Assembly: GCA_029248455.1 (NCBI GenBank)
Contig: JAQWJH010000042.1
Span: 1-53,531, forward strand
DNA from: Flavobacteriaceae bacterium
Lineage (GTDB): Bacteria > Bacteroidota > Bacteroidia > Flavobacteriales > Flavobacteriaceae
Reading direction: 5' to 3'
DNA length: 53,531 nucleotides
Position 1 is the first letter of the stretch, and each line of letters opens with the position of its first letter. The notes beneath the pieces are model-generated. The model was not told where the DNA came from. It worked only from the letters and a program-made list of their open reading frames with translations, and did not search any database. Positions 8,389 through 18,149 of this stretch are shown here, piece after piece. The translations under genes and the position numbers were made by a program.

Positions 8389-9690
8389 TCAATTGTTTAG
8401 GGCTTTTTTATAGGTTAATAAACATCTTTCTCTAGCATCTTTGTGAATTACAATTGGTTCAACATACTGAACAGACTCGAACTCTGGAACCCATTTTTTG
8501 GTATAAATTAAATTTTTATCAAACTTTTTAATTTGTTCATGAGGGTTAAAAATTCTAAAGTAAGGTGAAGCATCTACGCCACATCCAGCAACCCACTGCC
8601 AATTACCAACATTACTTGCAGTTTCGTAATCATATAATTTTTTTGCAAAATATGCTTCTCCCCATCTCCAATCAATTAGTAAGTGTTTGCATAAAAAACT
8701 TCCCACCAACATTCTAACTCTATTGTGCATAAACCCTGTTTGATTTAACTCTCTCATTCCAGCGTCCACTAGTGGGTATCCTGTTTGTCCAGAACACCAT
8801 TTTTTAAATTGATTTTCATTATTTAACCATTCAATCCTATCATATTTTGGTTTAAAACTCTTGTTTATGGTGTGTGGATAATGAAATAATATTTGCTGAA
8901 AAAATTCTCTCCAAACTAATTCTTTTAAAAAAGTTTTATTTTTAGAGGCCTCAGCTTTAACAATCATTTCTCGAGTGCTAATTGTTCCAAATCTTAAATG
9001 AAGTCCAATTTTTGAAGTTCCATTTACATAGGGGAAATTCCTAGTTTTCTCGTAGTTGTTTATTGTATCACTGGATAAATTTAAATTCAAAGGACTTAAT
9101 ACACTTTTTTCAAAACCGATTTCTTTTAAGGAAAGAAATCTCCTTTTTTCATTAAAGAACTTGTGTATATATTTTTCTGAATTAAAAAAATCGATTTTAT
9201 TTTCAGACATTTTTATCAACCATTTTCTTGAAAAAGGAGTATAAACTTTATAGGGTGTATTATCATCTTTCACAACCTCATATTTTTCGAATAAAACATG
9301 ATCCTTATAACTATTAAAATCTATATTATTCACTTTAAGGAGTTCTTCAACTTTTTTATCCCTTTTAATGGAGTAGGGGGTATAATCTTTGTTGGAGTAT
9401 ACTTTAGTAACATTATATTTTTTAATTAATTCTGAAAAAACTTTCACAGGTTTTCCATAATATATAGAAATAGATTTATTATTTTTTTTCAGTAAATCAT
9501 TCAATTTTTTTAATGAATATTCAATAAAGTCCACCCTGTGGTCTGATTTGTTAAGTTTATCAAGTGTATTTTTATCATAAATAAAAATTGGTAAAACTTT
9601 ATCGTTTTCATTTAATGCATGAAATAATCCTGCATTATCTTTCAAACGGAGGTCTCTTCTAAACCAAAAAATTACTAAATTATCTTTCAA
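8389..9690 (-). CDS. Deoxyribodipyrimidine photolyase / cryptochrome-DASH family flavoprotein (copy B), TTG start overlapping the SDR stop (TTGA)
   Basis: 433 aa with the same motifs as copy A. Both copies end KKALNN. Confidence 0.85.
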   Translation of the reverse strand: MKDNLVIFWFRRDLRLKDNAGLFHALNENDKVLPIFIYDKNTLDKLNKSDHRVDFIEYSLKKLNDLLKKNNKSISIYYGKPVKVFSELIKKYNVTKVYSNKDYTPYSIKRDKKVEELLKVNNIDFNSYKDHVLFEKYEVVKDDNTPYKVYTPFSRKWLIKMSENKIDFFNSEKYIHKFFNEKRRFLSLKEIGFEKSVLSPLNLNLSSDTINNYEKTRNFPYVNGTSKIGLHLRFGTISTREMIVKAEASKNKTFLKELVWREFFQQILFHYPHTINKSFKPKYDRIEWLNNENQFKKWCSGQTGYPLVDAGMRELNQTGFMHNRVRMLVGSFLCKHLLIDWRWGEAYFAKKLYDYETASNVGNWQWVAGCGVDASPYFRIFNPHEQIKKFDKNLIYTKKWVPEFESVQYVEPIVIHKDARERCLLTYKKALNN

Positions 9691-10388
9691 TTAGACGTGT
9701 TTAATGTAGACATTCCCCCGTCAACACCCAATATTTGCCCAGTAAGCCAAGAACTTTCTTCACTCAATAAAAAAGCAGTTGAATTGGCTATATCAATTGC
9801 ATTACCGTGTCTTTTTAAGGGGTGTCTATGTCCCACCTTTTCTTTTTTAAGGTCATTATTAAGAAACCTACTAGCTAAAGGAGTGTCAGTAAGAGAGGGT
9901 GCTATTACATTTACCCTAATATCAGGGGCAAATTCTGCAGCTAATGATTTAGCAAATCCTTCAATAGCTCCCTTTGATGCAGAAATACTACTATGAAATG
10001 GCATACCAATTTTTACAGCAACTGTACTGTACAAAACAATACTAGAGCATTCTGATTTTTTTAAATTATTTAAAACTTGTTGTAATATCTTAACCATTGA
10101 TAGAAAATTAATGTTCAAATCATCCTGAAAAGTATTAATTTTTAATCCTCTAAAAGGTCTTAGGTTGATGCTGCCTGGACAGTACACAAATCCATCTAAA
10201 ATTTCAGGAATTTCATTTAAATCTAACTCATCATTCAATACGTCAAATTTCAAGTGCTTTACATCTAAATTTTCTAGATTTTCATTTGTTCTACTAGCAA
10301 CAATTAGATTACATTTTTCATGTAATAATTTTATCGTTTCTAAACCAATTCCGGTGGAACCACCAATAAATAAGATATTTTTTTTCAT
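9687..10388 (-). CDS. Short-chain dehydrogenase/reductase (copy B)
   Basis: 233 aa, MKKNILFIGGSTGIG, collinear with 6180..6878. Confidence 0.85.
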   Translation of the reverse strand: MKKNILFIGGSTGIGLETIKLLHEKCNLIVASRTNENLENLDVKHLKFDVLNDELDLNEIPEILDGFVYCPGSINLRPFRGLKINTFQDDLNINFLSMVKILQQVLNNLKKSECSSIVLYSTVAVKIGMPFHSSISASKGAIEGFAKSLAAEFAPDIRVNVIAPSLTDTPLASRFLNNDLKKEKVGHRHPLKRHGNAIDIANSTAFLLSEESSWLTGQILGVDGGMSTLNTSN

Positions 10389-10390
10389 AA

Positions 10391-10852
10391 TTAAATTTTT
10401 CCAAATAATTCTATTAATTTATTTTCTCTGTACTTAAAAATTTGCTTTAATTTATTTTTCACAAATAAAAAATGCGCTATTTGTCCAATAAAGCCAAAAG
10501 GAATTTTATAATCAACTATGTCTTCCATTTCTATTCCTCCATCAATCTTTTTAATAAAATGTTTATGATGCCACAATGAATAGGGTCCAAATCTCTGCTC
10601 ATCAACAAAATACTCCTTTTCTTTTACATGTGTTATTTCAGTAACCCATTTTGTTGAAATTCCTAAAACAGGTGAAACTTTATATTGAATAATTTGACCA
10701 GAGAAAATAGACCTATCAGCGCCACTCATTATTCTAAAATTCATTTCTTTTGGAGTGATTTCTTTTAAATTTTTAGGATTACTAAAAAAATTCCATGCTT
10801 TTTCAACAGGAATTGGTAATTGTTGTTTGGTTTTAATTTGATATAATTTCAA
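10391..10852 (-). CDS. SRPBCC family protein (copy B), TTG start
   Basis: 153 aa, about 80% identical to 5714..6175 by hand count (31 differences). Confidence 0.65.
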   Translation of the reverse strand: MKLYQIKTKQQLPIPVEKAWNFFSNPKNLKEITPKEMNFRIMSGADRSIFSGQIIQYKVSPVLGISTKWVTEITHVKEKEYFVDEQRFGPYSLWHHKHFIKKIDGGIEMEDIVDYKIPFGFIGQIAHFLFVKNKLKQIFKYRENKLIELFGKI

Positions 10853-10946
10853 TGATAAATTTTAAAAACCAAATTTAACCTTTTTAAAAATTATAACAAT
10901 CCTATTAAAATAGATTTAATAAATTTGACTATTCAAAATACTTATT

Positions 10947-11792
10947 ATGAAAAATAAATTAGCATTAACATTAATATTCATTTCTTATTTGTCCTATTCT
11001 CAATTACTGTCACCCGTTGCTAGTCCTAAAACAAAAATTATTCAAAAAGTCGGTTTGGTTGATATAAATTTGGAATACTCGAGACCATCTAAAAAAAATA
11101 GAAAAATATTTGGAGGATTAGTTCCTTATGGAAAGATTTGGAGAACAGGCGCAAATAATCCAACTTTAATTTCATTTTCAGAGAATATTAAATTAAATAA
11201 TAAATTAATTGAAAAGGGTGATTACCACATTTACTCAGTACCCAGTGAATCAAAACTAGATCTAATTATTTATGAAAAAACTGATGCTTGGGGATCACTT
11301 TCAGATTTTGATGAGTCCCTAATTAAGGCTAGGGTTGTAAGTAATTTTATAGATTTACCTTTAACAGTAGAGACATTTACTATTGCGTTTAATGATATTT
11401 CAAATAATGGAGCTTCCTTAATTATTAATTGGGATAATAAACAAGCAGTTTACATGATCGATGTTTTAACAAAAGGTAAGATGATTGAAAATATTAACAA
11501 AACCTTATCAGAAAACCCTTCAGCTAATGATTATCGTAAAGCTGCAGTATACTATTATGAGGAAAAAATAGATATTGCTAAAGCAGTAAAGTGGATTGAC
11601 AGTGCGTTTAAAGATACAGACAATCTTAAATATTGGCAGTTAAGATACAAGGCACTTATTTATGAAAAAGCGGGAAATATTATAAAAGCAAAAGAATATG
11701 CCGAAAAGGGTTTTAAAAATGCAAAAGAAATTAATACTATAGATGGAATAAATGCTTTAGAAATTGTAGTTGAAAGATTAAATAATTATTAA
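10947..11792 (+). CDS. Secreted DUF2911 domain protein with helical TPR-like C-terminal region; present only in arm B
   Basis: Signal-peptide-like N-terminus MKNKLALTLIFISYLSYSQ. YSRPSKKNRKIFGGLVPYGKIWRTGAN block is characteristic of DUF2911. Opposite orientation to its neighbours. Confidence 0.7.
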   Translation: MKNKLALTLIFISYLSYSQLLSPVASPKTKIIQKVGLVDINLEYSRPSKKNRKIFGGLVPYGKIWRTGANNPTLISFSENIKLNNKLIEKGDYHIYSVPSESKLDLIIYEKTDAWGSLSDFDESLIKARVVSNFIDLPLTVETFTIAFNDISNNGASLIINWDNKQAVYMIDVLTKGKMIENINKTLSENPSANDYRKAAVYYYEEKIDIAKAVKWIDSAFKDTDNLKYWQLRYKALIYEKAGNIIKAKEYAEKGFKNAKEINTIDGINALEIVVERLNNY

Positions 11793-11793
11793 T

Positions 11794-13455
11794 CTATTTT
11801 TTAATAATATTTGAAAGTAAAATTGTTAAAACTGCACCTACAAAATTTAACCATAAATATCCAATTTCTGTAAATCCGTAAATGAAAAATATTGCTATTT
11901 GAGATAGGCATGCTGCATAAAATACATGATTTCCTTTTACATTTTTAAAAAAGAAAGCAACTATAAAAATACCTAATATAGTTCCGTAAAAAATTGACCC
12001 AATTATATTTACTAGTTCAATTAAATTTTCAAATAATGATCCAAAACTTGCAAAAATAATTGCAATTATTCCCCACATGACAGTAAACCATTTTGAGGCT
12101 TTTAAATAATGATTATCAGATTTTATTTCAATTTGATTTCTTTTATATAAATCAATTACGGTTGTCGTAGATAAAGCATTAAGTTCAGAAGCAGTTGAAG
12201 ACATCGCTGCACTAAGAATTACAGCAAGCAACAAACCTATTAATCCCTTTGGAAGATAGTTAATAATAAAAAAAATGAAAATGTAATCTAAATCATTAGA
12301 TTCAATTGAGGATGGTGCTACTTTATTAGTTATTTCTCTCACATTTTGTCTAATTTCTTTTTCTTCATCGTGAAGTTGTATTATTTCTTTTTCTAAATTT
12401 TTTGAAACTCCAGTTCTAATCTTTTTAATATATTTTTTTTGTAAACTTCTTTTCTTTTCCCTAATAAAAATGAAGTTTTCTTTTTCATTTAAATAATCTT
12501 GATTTTGAACCCGTTCCAAATAATTAGTCACCTGAGGATTAAAGTTTACCGGTGTGTCATTGAACTCAAAAAAAACGAATACCATTACGCCGGTAATTAA
12601 TATAAAAAATTGCATTGGTATTTTTAAAATAGCATTAAATAATAAACCTAATTGACTTTCCTTAATTGATTTTCCAGATAAATATCTTTGAACCTGACTT
12701 TGATCAGTTCCAAAGTAAGAAAGTGCTAAAAAGAATCCTCCCGTGATGCCACTCCAAAAAGTATATTTTTTTTCTATGTCAAAAGAAAAATTTACAATTT
12801 CCATCTTTCCTCCGATTCCTGCCATTGTTAAAGCATTACTAAAATTAATGTCTGGTGGAAGAGAATTAAGTATAATGAAAAAGGTTATAATCATTCCACT
12901 CATTATCACAAACATTTGTTGCTTTTGAGTAATACTTACTGCTTTAGTCCCTCCACTAACAGTGTATATTATGACTAATAATCCAATTGTAAGTATTAAA
13001 AGTTTTAAGTTCCATCCAAGTATTGTAGATAAAATAATAGCAGGGGCAAAAATCGTAATTCCAGCTGCCAATCCTCTTTGAACTAAAAATAAAATTGCAG
13101 CAAGTGTTCTAGTTTTTCTATCGAATCTTTTTTCTAAGTATTCATATGCTGTGTAAACTTTTAGCTTGTGGTATATTGGAATAAAAACCATACAAATAAC
13201 AATGATTGCTAGAGGTAAACCAAAATAAAATTGTACAAATCCCATACCATCATTATAAGCTTGACCTGGTGTCGATAGGAATGTTATGGCACTAGCTTGA
13301 GTAGCCATAACCGAAAGACCAATAGTAAGCCAGTTAGCTGATTTACCCCCCTTTAGGTGATCTTTAATAGTATTGAATTTTCTAGTTTTGTAAATACCAT
13401 AAATGACTATAAAAGATATTGTACAAATAAGAACAAACCAATCTAAATTAGACAT
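11794..13455 (-). CDS. Sodium:solute symporter family transporter (copy B)
   Basis: 553 aa, about 94% identical to 3973..5637 by hand count (about 33 differences). Confidence 0.85.
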   Translation of the reverse strand: MSNLDWFVLICTISFIVIYGIYKTRKFNTIKDHLKGGKSANWLTIGLSVMATQASAITFLSTPGQAYNDGMGFVQFYFGLPLAIIVICMVFIPIYHKLKVYTAYEYLEKRFDRKTRTLAAILFLVQRGLAAGITIFAPAIILSTILGWNLKLLILTIGLLVIIYTVSGGTKAVSITQKQQMFVIMSGMIITFFIILNSLPPDINFSNALTMAGIGGKMEIVNFSFDIEKKYTFWSGITGGFFLALSYFGTDQSQVQRYLSGKSIKESQLGLLFNAILKIPMQFFILITGVMVFVFFEFNDTPVNFNPQVTNYLERVQNQDYLNEKENFIFIREKKRSLQKKYIKKIRTGVSKNLEKEIIQLHDEEKEIRQNVREITNKVAPSSIESNDLDYIFIFFIINYLPKGLIGLLLAVILSAAMSSTASELNALSTTTVIDLYKRNQIEIKSDNHYLKASKWFTVMWGIIAIIFASFGSLFENLIELVNIIGSIFYGTILGIFIVAFFFKNVKGNHVFYAACLSQIAIFFIYGFTEIGYLWLNFVGAVLTILLSNIIKK

Positions 13456-13544
13456 CTACAAAAAATATTTATTAGTTAAAATTGTAAAAAAAATTATATA
13501 CAAACAATTTATTATTAAAATTAAGGAGTAAGATTTTAACCACT

Positions 13545-14135
13545 TCATAGATTCATAGAATTAATTGTTTTTACAAATAGATTTGTTGGAAAGCCTAAAA
13601 CGTTACTGTATGAACCTTCAATTTTTTTTATGCTGACATGTCCAATATAGTCTTGTATTCCATAGCCGCCTGCTCTGTCTAATACATCAGATGTATTTGT
13701 ATAGTATAACAAATCATTTTGATCAATACTATCGAAATAAACTAAAGTCTTTTGATTAACAATTACTTGAAAATCCACAACTGAAATACAAATAGATGTA
13801 ATTACTTCATGAGAAGAATTTTCAAGTGATTTGATCATTTCAAATGCTTCGTTTCTATTTTTGGGCTTTGCAAGAGCAGTGTTTTTGTGCCATACTATTG
13901 TATCACACGTAATAAGTAAATCATTTTTTTTTAAGTTTTTGATTAATGGGGATGATTTTTTTTTAGCTAAATAATCTGAGATCTCGCTGCTTTTTAAGTC
14001 ATTTGAAAAAGACTCGTCTATATCTTGATTAATAATTTTAAACTTAACACCAAGTTGGAAAAGAAGTTCATGTCTTCTTTTCGAACCTGAAGCTAATAGA
14101 ACGTTATAGTTTTTTAATTTTTCAAAAAACATCAA
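13545..14135 (-). CDS. maf: Maf-like nucleoside triphosphate pyrophosphatase (copy B)
   Basis: 196 aa, collinear with 3296..3883. Confidence 0.85.
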   Translation of the reverse strand: MMFFEKLKNYNVLLASGSKRRHELLFQLGVKFKIINQDIDESFSNDLKSSEISDYLAKKKSSPLIKNLKKNDLLITCDTIVWHKNTALAKPKNRNEAFEMIKSLENSSHEVITSICISVVDFQVIVNQKTLVYFDSIDQNDLLYYTNTSDVLDRAGGYGIQDYIGHVSIKKIEGSYSNVLGFPTNLFVKTINSMNL

Positions 14136-14660
14136 TTAAATGTTTTGATTTTTTTTACTAAAATTCCAATTTCCCTGAACTTTAAGTGTTTGTTCAATAA
14201 TATCTCTCACACATCCTTCTCCACCATTTTTATTAGAAATATAATCAGATATTTCTCTTACTTCAGAAACAGCATCAAATGGACATGTTTTTAAGTAAAC
14301 TAATTTCATTGGAAAGGTGTCAGGAAGGTCATCTCCCATATAAACAGTTTTTTCAAGATTTATATTGTTAGTTTTGGAGTAATTTAGAAGGTCTTTTACT
14401 TTGTCATTTGAGTTTAGAAAAACATTTTTAACACCTAGTCTATTCAATCTAGCTTCGATACCTTTATTATTAGCACCTGTTATAACAGCAATATTATAAC
14501 CTAAGTCATTTGCTAATTTTACAGCTATTCCGTCTTTTGTGTCAAATGATCTGGATTCATTTCCGTGGCTATCAACCATAATTTTTCCGTTGGTGAAAAC
14601 ACCATCGATATCAAAAACAAATGTTTTAATTTTATTGAGTTTTTCTTTATAGTTCATCAT
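14136..14660 (-). CDS. kdsC: KDO 8-phosphate phosphatase, HAD-IIIA family (copy B)
   Basis: 174 aa, FVFDIDGVFTNG and GDDLPD motifs. Confidence 0.8.
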   Translation of the reverse strand: MMNYKEKLNKIKTFVFDIDGVFTNGKIMVDSHGNESRSFDTKDGIAVKLANDLGYNIAVITGANNKGIEARLNRLGVKNVFLNSNDKVKDLLNYSKTNNINLEKTVYMGDDLPDTFPMKLVYLKTCPFDAVSEVREISDYISNKNGGEGCVRDIIEQTLKVQGNWNFSKKNQNI

Positions 14661-15408
14661 TTAGTTTTATAATTTCAGTTGAAATAGTTTTATAAATCTT
14701 CTCATATTTAGATCCTTTTAATAAACTTAAGTGTTTTTTTATAGTTATTTTATCATTTCTAACTGCAGGTCCTGTTTGAGATTTTTTTGCTGTCAAATGT
14801 TTTAGTTTATCACATGTTTCTTGAATTAATGGTTTAAGTATTTGGGGATCTATATTTTGAGATTTCAATATATTCTCAGAAATAACGTTCATATAATTTC
14901 CAAAATTATTTGAAAAAACTGCACTTATGTGAATTAAAGTTCTTTGATCACTATTACACACTATTACATTTTTTGATAATTGTAAGCTAATTTTTTTAAT
15001 TTCATTTAAAACTTTTTTTGAGTTGGCATCTATTATTATAGGAATATTTTTAAAAGACAGCTCTCTATTTTTGCTAAAAGTTTGCAAAGGATAAAGTACT
15101 CCATGATTCTTATGTTTAGATAAAATATCTAATCTTGTTGAACCAGAAGTATGCACAATTATGGAATCCTTAAAAATTAATTTATCACTAATTTCTAGTA
15201 TTGCATCATCACTTACACATATTATATAAAAATCAGCTTTTTTTAACTCGTCTAAATTATTAGTGTAAACTATTTTTTGATTAAAATTTTCAGGTAATTT
15301 TTCAATTCTGCCAAATAATTGCAGAAGATTCAATACTTTGCTATTTTCAATAGTCCTGCAAAGGTGATGAGAAACATTTCCAGTTCCTATAATAACAATA
15401 TTCAACAT
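14647..15408 (-). CDS. Rossmann-like + DUF2520 domain protein (copy B)
   Basis: 253 aa, [21 protein letters not shown]...TGPAVRND. Confidence 0.7.
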   Translation of the reverse strand: MLNIVIIGTGNVSHHLCRTIENSKVLNLLQLFGRIEKLPENFNQKIVYTNNLDELKKADFYIICVSDDAILEISDKLIFKDSIIVHTSGSTRLDILSKHKNHGVLYPLQTFSKNRELSFKNIPIIIDANSKKVLNEIKKISLQLSKNVIVCNSDQRTLIHISAVFSNNFGNYMNVISENILKSQNIDPQILKPLIQETCDKLKHLTAKKSQTGPAVRNDKITIKKHLSLLKGSKYEKIYKTISTEIIKLNDEL

Positions 15409-15457
15409 TTACCAAAAATACAAATAAAGTGAGTGATGTTGTAGTAGAATTTTTTAT

Positions 15458-15465
15458 TAGGTTTG
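15458..15465 (+). promoter_or_regulatory. Bacteroidetes-type -7 promoter box TAGGTTTG upstream of ndk copy B
   Basis: Perfect TAnnTTTG, 14 nt before the ATG at 15480. Same octamer as in arm A. Confidence 0.4.
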
Positions 15466-15479
15466 CAAAAAAAATTATA

Positions 15480-15899
15480 ATGAATAACATAACTTTTACA
15501 ATGATTAAGCCTGATGCAGTTGAAAATGGACATATTGGAGCTATTTTAGAAAAAATAAATTCAGCTGGGTTTAAAATAATAGCAATGAAATACACAAAAT
15601 TGAGTTTAGAAAAAGCTCAAAAATTTTATGAAATTCATAAAGATCGTCCTTTTTTTAATGAATTAGTAACTTTTATGAGTAGGGGACCAATTGTTGCTGC
15701 TATTTTAGAAAAAGATAATGCTGTGGAAGATTTTAGAGAATTAATAGGATCAACCAATCCCGCAGATGCTAAAAAGGGAACTATTAGAAACTTGTATGCT
15801 ACATCAATGGGTGAGAATGCCGTTCATGGATCTGACAGTAATGAAAATGCAAAAATTGAAGGAACATTTCATTTTAGTGATTCCGAAATATTATCTTAA
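15480..15899 (+). CDS. ndk: Nucleoside diphosphate kinase (copy B, intact)
   Basis: 139 aa from [18 protein letters not shown], active-site NAVHGSDS. The ORF-track start at 15429 is an unsupported upstream extension. Confidence 0.9.
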   Translation: MNNITFTMIKPDAVENGHIGAILEKINSAGFKIIAMKYTKLSLEKAQKFYEIHKDRPFFNELVTFMSRGPIVAAILEKDNAVEDFRELIGSTNPADAKKGTIRNLYATSMGENAVHGSDSNENAKIEGTFHFSDSEILS

Positions 15900-16184
15900 T
15901 ACTATCTTATTTATCAAATTCTTTCCAATTTCTTCGTTAATTAAATCAACAATCTTTTGTTTACCATAACTTAATTCTTGCCTAAGAACGGAAGATGATA
16001 GACTAACATAAAGAGTTTTTTTTTTTAAATATATTTCTGTTGTATAGGAATTAACATTAACACCCATAGTTTTTTTCCATAAACTTTGAATTTTAACATT
16101 ATTTAAACCGTCATTTAAAGAATTTTTATCTATTAAATTATTTAGGACCGATTTTAGACTTTTTATTTCAAAATTTCTCTTCAT
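15891..16184 (-). CDS. DUF721 domain protein (copy B)
   Basis: 97 aa, collinear with 1235..1531. Same 9-nt convergent overlap with ndk. Confidence 0.75.
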   Translation of the reverse strand: MKRNFEIKSLKSVLNNLIDKNSLNDGLNNVKIQSLWKKTMGVNVNSYTTEIYLKKKTLYVSLSSSVLRQELSYGKQKIVDLINEEIGKNLINKIVLR

Positions 16185-17269
16185 AATCTGAACATTTTAT
16201 AAGTTGAGTTAATTTCTTTAATAATATTTTCAGTTCTTTTATAATCAGTATCAGATATAAATAATTGTCCGAACTCATCATCATTTACCAAGTTTATAAG
16301 TTCTTGAACTCTTTTATTATCTAATTTATCAAAAATATCATCTAAAAGTAAAATAGGTGATGAGTTACACTCAGTTTTTAAATAATCAAACTGAGCAAGT
16401 TTAAGTGAAATAAGAAAAGATTTCTGTTGTCCTTGACTACCTAATTTTTTGATAGGGAAACCATCAATTTCAAATATCATATCATCTTTATGTATTCCGC
16501 AGCTTGTATATTGAATTATTCTGTCTTTTTCTAAACTATTTTGAAGTAACGAATCTAATGATTCATGATTAAGTTGGCTTTCGTAAGAAATATCAACCTT
16601 TTCTTTATTTTGACTTATTGAATTATATCTGTTAATGAACACAGGAACAAAATTTTTAAAAAACTCTATTCTTTTTTTATATATAGGTATGCTTAAGTCT
16701 GACAATTGATTGTCATAAACCTTGAGAATAGATAAATCAAATGTGTTATTTTTTTTAAAATATTTTAAAAGTGCATTTCTTTGAGATAATATTTTTTGAT
16801 AACTAATTATTTGGGTTAAGTAAATTTTATTATTTTGAGAAATTACATTATCAATAAATTTTCTTCTATTTGAGCTACCTTCTTGAATTAAATCTCTGTC
16901 GTAAGGTGAAATCATAACTACAGGTATTAGGCCTATGTGATTTGAAAATTTTTTATATAATTTACCATTTCTTTTAATTGTCTTTTTTTTCCCTTTTTTT
17001 AAACTATTGATAATATTTTCATTCTTATTACCCTTTTTAAAATTACCTTCAATTAACATGAATTCTGCACTATGATTAATTGATTGTGAGCCAATTGAAT
17101 GAAAACAACTTTTTGTCATTGCTAAATGGTATATTGAATCAAGGACATTAGTTTTACCGACCCCGTTGTCGCCAACAAAACAATTAATTTTTTCATCTAA
17201 ATTAAATGATTGATTATTAAAATTTTTGTAATTGACAAGAGTTAGTTGGTTTAGAATTAGACTTTTCAT
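16181..17269 (-). CDS. recF: DNA replication/repair protein RecF (copy B)
   Basis: 362 aa, FVGDNGVGKTNVLDSI, GSQGQQKSF, ILLLDDIFDKLD. About 70% identical to copy A (110 differences by hand count). Confidence 0.9.
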   Translation of the reverse strand: MKSLILNQLTLVNYKNFNNQSFNLDEKINCFVGDNGVGKTNVLDSIYHLAMTKSCFHSIGSQSINHSAEFMLIEGNFKKGNKNENIINSLKKGKKKTIKRNGKLYKKFSNHIGLIPVVMISPYDRDLIQEGSSNRRKFIDNVISQNNKIYLTQIISYQKILSQRNALLKYFKKNNTFDLSILKVYDNQLSDLSIPIYKKRIEFFKNFVPVFINRYNSISQNKEKVDISYESQLNHESLDSLLQNSLEKDRIIQYTSCGIHKDDMIFEIDGFPIKKLGSQGQQKSFLISLKLAQFDYLKTECNSSPILLLDDIFDKLDNKRVQELINLVNDDEFGQLFISDTDYKRTENIIKEINSTYKMFRL

Positions 17270-17385
17270 TTATAATTTTATATCAAATATTTAATAACCA
17301 TCATGCAAATTATATAAAATAATTAGTTTTTTATCCTTAATCATTAGAATAAAATTTTATTTTTACGCAATTATTAAAATGTAAT

Positions 17386-18147
17386 ATGGCAACCTATAAA
17401 AAAAAGGCTTCTAAAACTAAAAAGAAAGGATTTGATTCGTCAAAAAAAGAAAGTACAACTGCAGAGGTTTTTGAAACGTTAGATGTAAGTGCTTCAAGAT
17501 CTGAACGTTTTGTTGCTAAATATCAAAATTATATAATTGGTTTTGTATCCTTAGCTGTAATAGTTGTTTTAGGATATTTGGGATATGAGAATTTAATACT
17601 TAAACCAAAGTCTGAAGAAGCAAATAATGAACTTTTTACAGCTCAAAATTATTTTAACCAAGCATTAAATGGCTCCGAAAAAAGTGATTCTTTATTCCTA
17701 TTGTCATTGAATGGTGGTGATGGTAAATATGGTTTTTTGGATATTATTAAAAATTATTCAGGCACCAATGCTGCCAATCTTTCGACTTACAGTGCTGGAA
17801 TGGCTTATTATAATTTAAATGATTTCGAAAATTCGATTGATTATCTTCAAAATTTTAATTCCGATGATAAAGTTTTAAAATCTTTAGCGGTTGGTGTTAT
17901 TGGCGATTCATTTGCCGAACTTAATCAGTTGGATGATGCTTTAGATGCATATAGATCCGCTGCAAACTTAAGTTCAAACAGTTATACCTCTCCAAAATTT
18001 TTATTAAAAGCAGGAAATATAGCCTCTCTTCTTGGAAGAAAATCTGAGGCTTTAAAGTACTACAATAGAATTAAAGATTTGTTTCCAAAATCGCCTGAGG
18101 CAACCTTAATTGAGGTTCAAATTGGAAAGAATTCTACAAAAAATTAA
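17386..18147 (+). CDS. Membrane-anchored tetratricopeptide-repeat (YfgM-like) protein
   Basis: 253 aa. Lys-rich N-terminus, one TM helix (IIGFVSLAVIVVLGYLGY), then helical repeats with TPR-like A/Y/L spacing. Confidence 0.6.
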   Translation: MATYKKKASKTKKKGFDSSKKESTTAEVFETLDVSASRSERFVAKYQNYIIGFVSLAVIVVLGYLGYENLILKPKSEEANNELFTAQNYFNQALNGSEKSDSLFLLSLNGGDGKYGFLDIIKNYSGTNAANLSTYSAGMAYYNLNDFENSIDYLQNFNSDDKVLKSLAVGVIGDSFAELNQLDDALDAYRSAANLSSNSYTSPKFLLKAGNIASLLGRKSEALKYYNRIKDLFPKSPEATLIEVQIGKNSTKN

Positions 18148-18149
18148 AA

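Larger units (their letters stand above)
8345..17423. repeat. Arm B of the diverged inverted duplication; right limit is only the last position I can pair with the left window edge
   Basis: Reverse-complement collinearity with 1..8218, apart from one extra gene (10947..11792). 17386..17423 pairs with 1..38. Confidence 0.9.

Noticed and set aside
8873-8881. A perfect DnaA-box 9-mer, TGTGGATAA
   Set aside because: It is a single occurrence inside the photolyase copy B coding sequence and is absent from the homologous site in arm A. One such hit is about what chance predicts in a window this size.
15429-15479. Upstream extension of ndk copy B ([17 protein letters not shown])
   Set aside because: It is not conserved in copy A. 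It would run over the TAGGTTTG promoter box. Ndk alignments start at [12 protein letters not shown].
1-17423. A simple fold-back or MDA-type inverted chimera as the explanation for the mirror duplication
   Set aside because: Such artefacts copy one template and give identical arms with a symmetric centre. Here the arms differ at a large fraction of synonymous sites, differ by a whole gene, and the 126-bp centre is not palindromic. A chimera between two different related genomes remains possible and is kept in the main finding.
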